A DNA stretch of 64,000 nt from Psammoneis japonica (Eukaryota): assembly GCA_008632985.1 (NCBI GenBank), contig QPGO01000057.1, forward strand, positions 1 to 64,000. The letters run 5' to 3'. Shown piece by piece: positions 60,774 to 64,000 of this stretch. Each line of letters opens with the position of its first letter. The stretch's first letter is position 1. The translations under genes were made by a program, and so were the position numbers. The notes under the pieces are model-generated. The model made no database searches, had not been told where the DNA came from, and saw only the letters and a list, made by a program, of their open reading frames with translations.

Positions 60774-62351
60774 ATGGACAGGGAGAACGCCGCTGCAGAC
60801 AGAGCCGCGGCAAGATCTCGTCTTGAGCAAGAAAAAGCCGAGGCCGAGAATGAAGAAAGGCGCGCTCGCTGCGAAGGAAGTTCCGCTGTGTTATCGGGAT
60901 TAGAGTCGATGGAGCGGGGTGGCATCGAATCGGAGTCCGACGATGATGAAGAAGAAAGGAAGTCTCCTGCTACCGATACTGCCAGTGGTCATGTGACATC
61001 CCGCATAAACGCCGAGAGCCGAAAGGCCCACTCCATAGAGGAAGGCATAATGCCTGGTGCGCAAGCTGTAGCCGGGATCAATAGCACAGCACGTGTCGCA
61101 ACCGTCGAAGCTAATGCCGAAATGGCAAGTACGTCCGGTGTCACAAGAGGAGAAGTAACCACACCCGTTGCCACGAGCGTCGAGTCTAGGCCAAATCTCA
61201 TAGCTGCTGAACTTGTGGACGACAAAGAGGAGGATCAAGAGCTTCGCCAGTTTCGTGAGATGCCAACCGCTAAAGCCGAAGCTTTGAGCTCACAGGAAGA
61301 TTGCATCGATGCTGCTTTTATGAAGATGTGTTGCTGCTTCCCAGAGTCTAACAAGGCTTCCCGATCCATCAAGATCTTTTGTGTGGTTGCCATCCCGCTG
61401 ATCATTGTGATTGGAGCTGTTGTCGGTGTTATCGTTGGCACGAGTTCATCGTCTTCCGCATCGGAGACAGTAGCGCCCACGCCCAAGGAGGATCAGACGG
61501 CTCTTCTGATGATTGACATCCAAGATTGCTTTATGGACGACCCATCCGTCACAGGAACGGGCGAACCGGGGACCTTGGCTGTCAATGACGCCGCAAAGCT
61601 CATCCCAATCCTCAATGTGATTAGATCGCAACGCGGCTGCCTCTTTGACCATATCGTTCGGTCACAAGACTTTCATCCTCATCTCCATATTTCATTTGGT
61701 CCAACTTATGGTTTGCCGCCATTCGCGCACCTTGTTGGCAAGGGCGGATTGCCCGTGGCATGCACGAGCTCAAAAACAGGGTCTTGTTGCCCGTCCTACT
61801 TTGTCGAGGACGGGCCTCATGATTGCGATAATACGTTGTGCCCCGTGACGGAGAACATGACGCAAGAGGCCTTGGACCATGTCTTGACTAGTCCTGCCTG
61901 TAACATATGCAAAGATAATCCTGGAGATTGCTTTACGGATAGGCAACCCATGTGGCCAGAGCATTGTCTGCAAGACGGCGACACCGTTTTCCCTGCCCAG
62001 CTTGACGTGGAGGATACGGACATCGTGTTCCAGAAGGGAGACAATGACTTTGTTGATGGATACAGTCCGTTCATGGATAACACTCGCCGAATCCGGACGG
62101 AACTCGATTCTATTCTGAAGGAGAGAAATGTGAAAACGGTGTACATTGCGGGTATTGCAACCGACTTTGGTGTGTTTTTTACAGCGTCGCATTCTATTTT
62201 CTTAGGGTACAAAACCTACGTTATCCTTGATGCGACGGTTGGTATAGCTCAGGATACGACCGATGCTGCCATTGCGGCAATGGAAGCGGAAGGAGCCATT
62301 ATTATCAACACATCAGACCTTCTGGCCATGAAATGCTCTTTTACGGAATGA
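60774..62351 (+). CDS. Membrane-anchored nicotinamidase/pyrazinamidase-like protein (isochorismatase family) with a Cys-rich insertion
   Basis: Motifs IDIQDCF, PGTLAV, QDFHPHLHISF, WPEHCLQ, QKG...GYSPF and GIATDFGV. Disordered N-terminus followed by one TM helix. Confidence 0.85.
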   Translation: MDRENAAADRAAARSRLEQEKAEAENEERRARCEGSSAVLSGLESMERGGIESESDDDEEERKSPATDTASGHVTSRINAESRKAHSIEEGIMPGAQAVAGINSTARVATVEANAEMASTSGVTRGEVTTPVATSVESRPNLIAAELVDDKEEDQELRQFREMPTAKAEALSSQEDCIDAAFMKMCCCFPESNKASRSIKIFCVVAIPLIIVIGAVVGVIVGTSSSSSASETVAPTPKEDQTALLMIDIQDCFMDDPSVTGTGEPGTLAVNDAAKLIPILNVIRSQRGCLFDHIVRSQDFHPHLHISFGPTYGLPPFAHLVGKGGLPVACTSSKTGSCCPSYFVEDGPHDCDNTLCPVTENMTQEALDHVLTSPACNICKDNPGDCFTDRQPMWPEHCLQDGDTVFPAQLDVEDTDIVFQKGDNDFVDGYSPFMDNTRRIRTELDSILKERNVKTVYIAGIATDFGVFFTASHSIFLGYKTYVILDATVGIAQDTTDAAIAAMEAEGAIIINTSDLLAMKCSFTE

Positions 62352-62489
62352 GCAGCTATATTCGGCATCAAGCCTTTTCTTGTTTTCTCACAGAACCGGG
62401 TATTTCTTTAGGAGTGAGTGATTGCGAGCACACAATTTAATGATTGACTTTATAGCGTTTCTTTCATTAAAAAAAACTACTACGACTCA

Positions 62490-64000
62490 TGTTGTCTTCA
62501 GAATTACCTCCCTCACCGTCATCATTTGAAACATCTCTGCGCAAAAAGAAAAACACAAGTTTGCCGCCGGGGCAGACGGGCCAGTTTTGGTCATTGGTCA
62601 CATGCGCTCTGACATGGCGTGCTTTTGGTGGCATGGAGCCCAAAGAAGTGAGAGCTGCTCAAACTCATTTCAAAAAATGAGAGCAGAGTGCTTGCAGCTG
62701 TTGTGTGTGCTGCCATCATGATGACACAACTCACCAGCAGATTTGCTTGACCCATTCAACCACTGACTGCACACTCAAAAATCAACAACAACAAAATCAA
62801 CAACAACAAGTGGTGGTGACCATGTCATTGAGCACCTTGACAGAAAACCTCCCTGACCCCACCACAACCACCAAAGTGGAACATGTCAACTGGACAAATG
62901 CTGCTGTTGCACCATTTTGGCTGAGCAGCCTCTGGGAGTGTTCTTGTGTGTAACATCATTGTTTTGTGATGTGGTCATGACAAATTGTCAACCATGTTGT
63001 TTGGCACTCACTGGTGTGTTGATCTTCATTTTAGCAACAGCAGCCATGATGAATCTGAAGACAATGGGCTGTGGAGATCTGAAAAAATGGTGGCACTCAC
63101 TCAGCCTGTCCTTCCATCAGATGATGTGTCAAAAATCCCAAAACGCAATGGCGCTGTTGTGACACACACCATTCATCAGACAGACATGTCCCTTGTGATG
63201 GACAATGGCAGTGCAGGGCTTGTTGACTGTCACAGTGAGTGTGATGCCCACTTGTGTGGTTGTCAGAACTGAGCTGAGGGCAAAGGTTAGCACAGCTTTG
63301 ATCCTTTGCCCAGTTGCTTGAAGCAGAGGCAAAAACAGCTTGACCATGGAGCTGTTCTCTGCACTGCATGATGTTGAAAAGGATGGAAATGACACCACTG
63401 CATTGTTGTTGTCATGCAACAACTTGTGCAGGCTTTGCTCCACTTGTGATGCTTGTGCTGAGCGGCAGCTTGTGAGCCACACTGTGACATTTCAGGGAAC
63501 TTGCTGTTGGGCATGCTTGGAGCAGATTCATGTGATTCAAGTCTGAAACAAAAACAACAACAACAATGACAACAACCAAAACCACAGCAACAACAATGAC
63601 ACAACAAGCAGCTCTTTGCAAGTTGCCATGGCATGCTTTTCTCTGGTGTGCTCTTGTGCTGCAATGAAATTTGCTGCTTTTTTGTGTTCATGTTGGGGTC
63701 ATGTGTCTTTTGCTCAGCATGGCATTCACATGACACAAGTTGCTGGTGCCCTTGGATTGCTCCATCTTGCCACCCCATGTGGAGCAGCAGATTTGTTTGA
63801 ATCATGGAAGTTGTGATGCTTTTTCAACATCATCTTTTTGCAGGGGGCACAGTGCTCAACTGGCTGGACATTGGCAAGGATTTTGCCCATGTTTTGGAAA
63901 GAGATCATTTCACACCCTGTCAATGCTTCCATGTTCTGGTCCAGGCATGTGCATGATGAGCAGAGCAGCACCATTCTTGGAGGCCACAAGTCCATGAATG
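62490..64000. repeat. TpA/CpG-depleted degenerate block 6 with (CAA)n tracts; runs off the window end
   Basis: Almost no TA or CG. caacaacaa tracts near 62783-62808 and 63548-63607. Confidence 0.75.

Noticed and set aside
20696..64000. Hundreds of overlapping 60-240 aa Cys/His/Gln-rich ORFs inside the TG/CA-rich blocks
   Set aside because: Artefact of TpA loss, which removes TAA/TAG stops and inflates TGY/CAY codons. They are not genes.

Overview
Eukaryotic nuclear DNA, most likely from a diatom (stramenopile). The evidence is short 75-130 nt GT-AG introns, bipartite signal+(A/S)F plastid-type presequences and diatom-typical gene families. About 18 host genes are present, including glycerol kinase, a class C GPCR, BCKDH E2, an ABC transporter, a kinase, a SAM methyltransferase, DBR1, C2CD5-like, MAM33/p32, NASP/Sim3, DeSI, a CAAX/CPBP protease and a nicotinamidase-like protein. 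They are separated by six sharply bounded blocks (~23 kb in total) that have lost almost all CpG and almost all TpA dinucleotides. These blocks contain decayed LINE and Gypsy retroelements and decayed host-type genes. Highlights: (1) a ~1344-codon five-domain enzyme fusion at 46878-50912 (GTP cyclohydrolase I + SAM methyltransferase + FAD/BBE oxidoreductase + phosphomevalonate-kinase-like P-loop + APRT-type phosphoribosyltransferase), interrupted by one in-frame TGA and lying in a ~10 kb segment bracketed by a ~470 bp direct duplication of the DeSI 5' end; (2) a RIP-like double erosion (CG and TA both converging on TG/CA), visible as Tyr->Cys/His changes in the relic proteins; (3) several single-nucleotide lesions in otherwise intact genes. 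All family assignments were made by eye from motifs; no searches were run.
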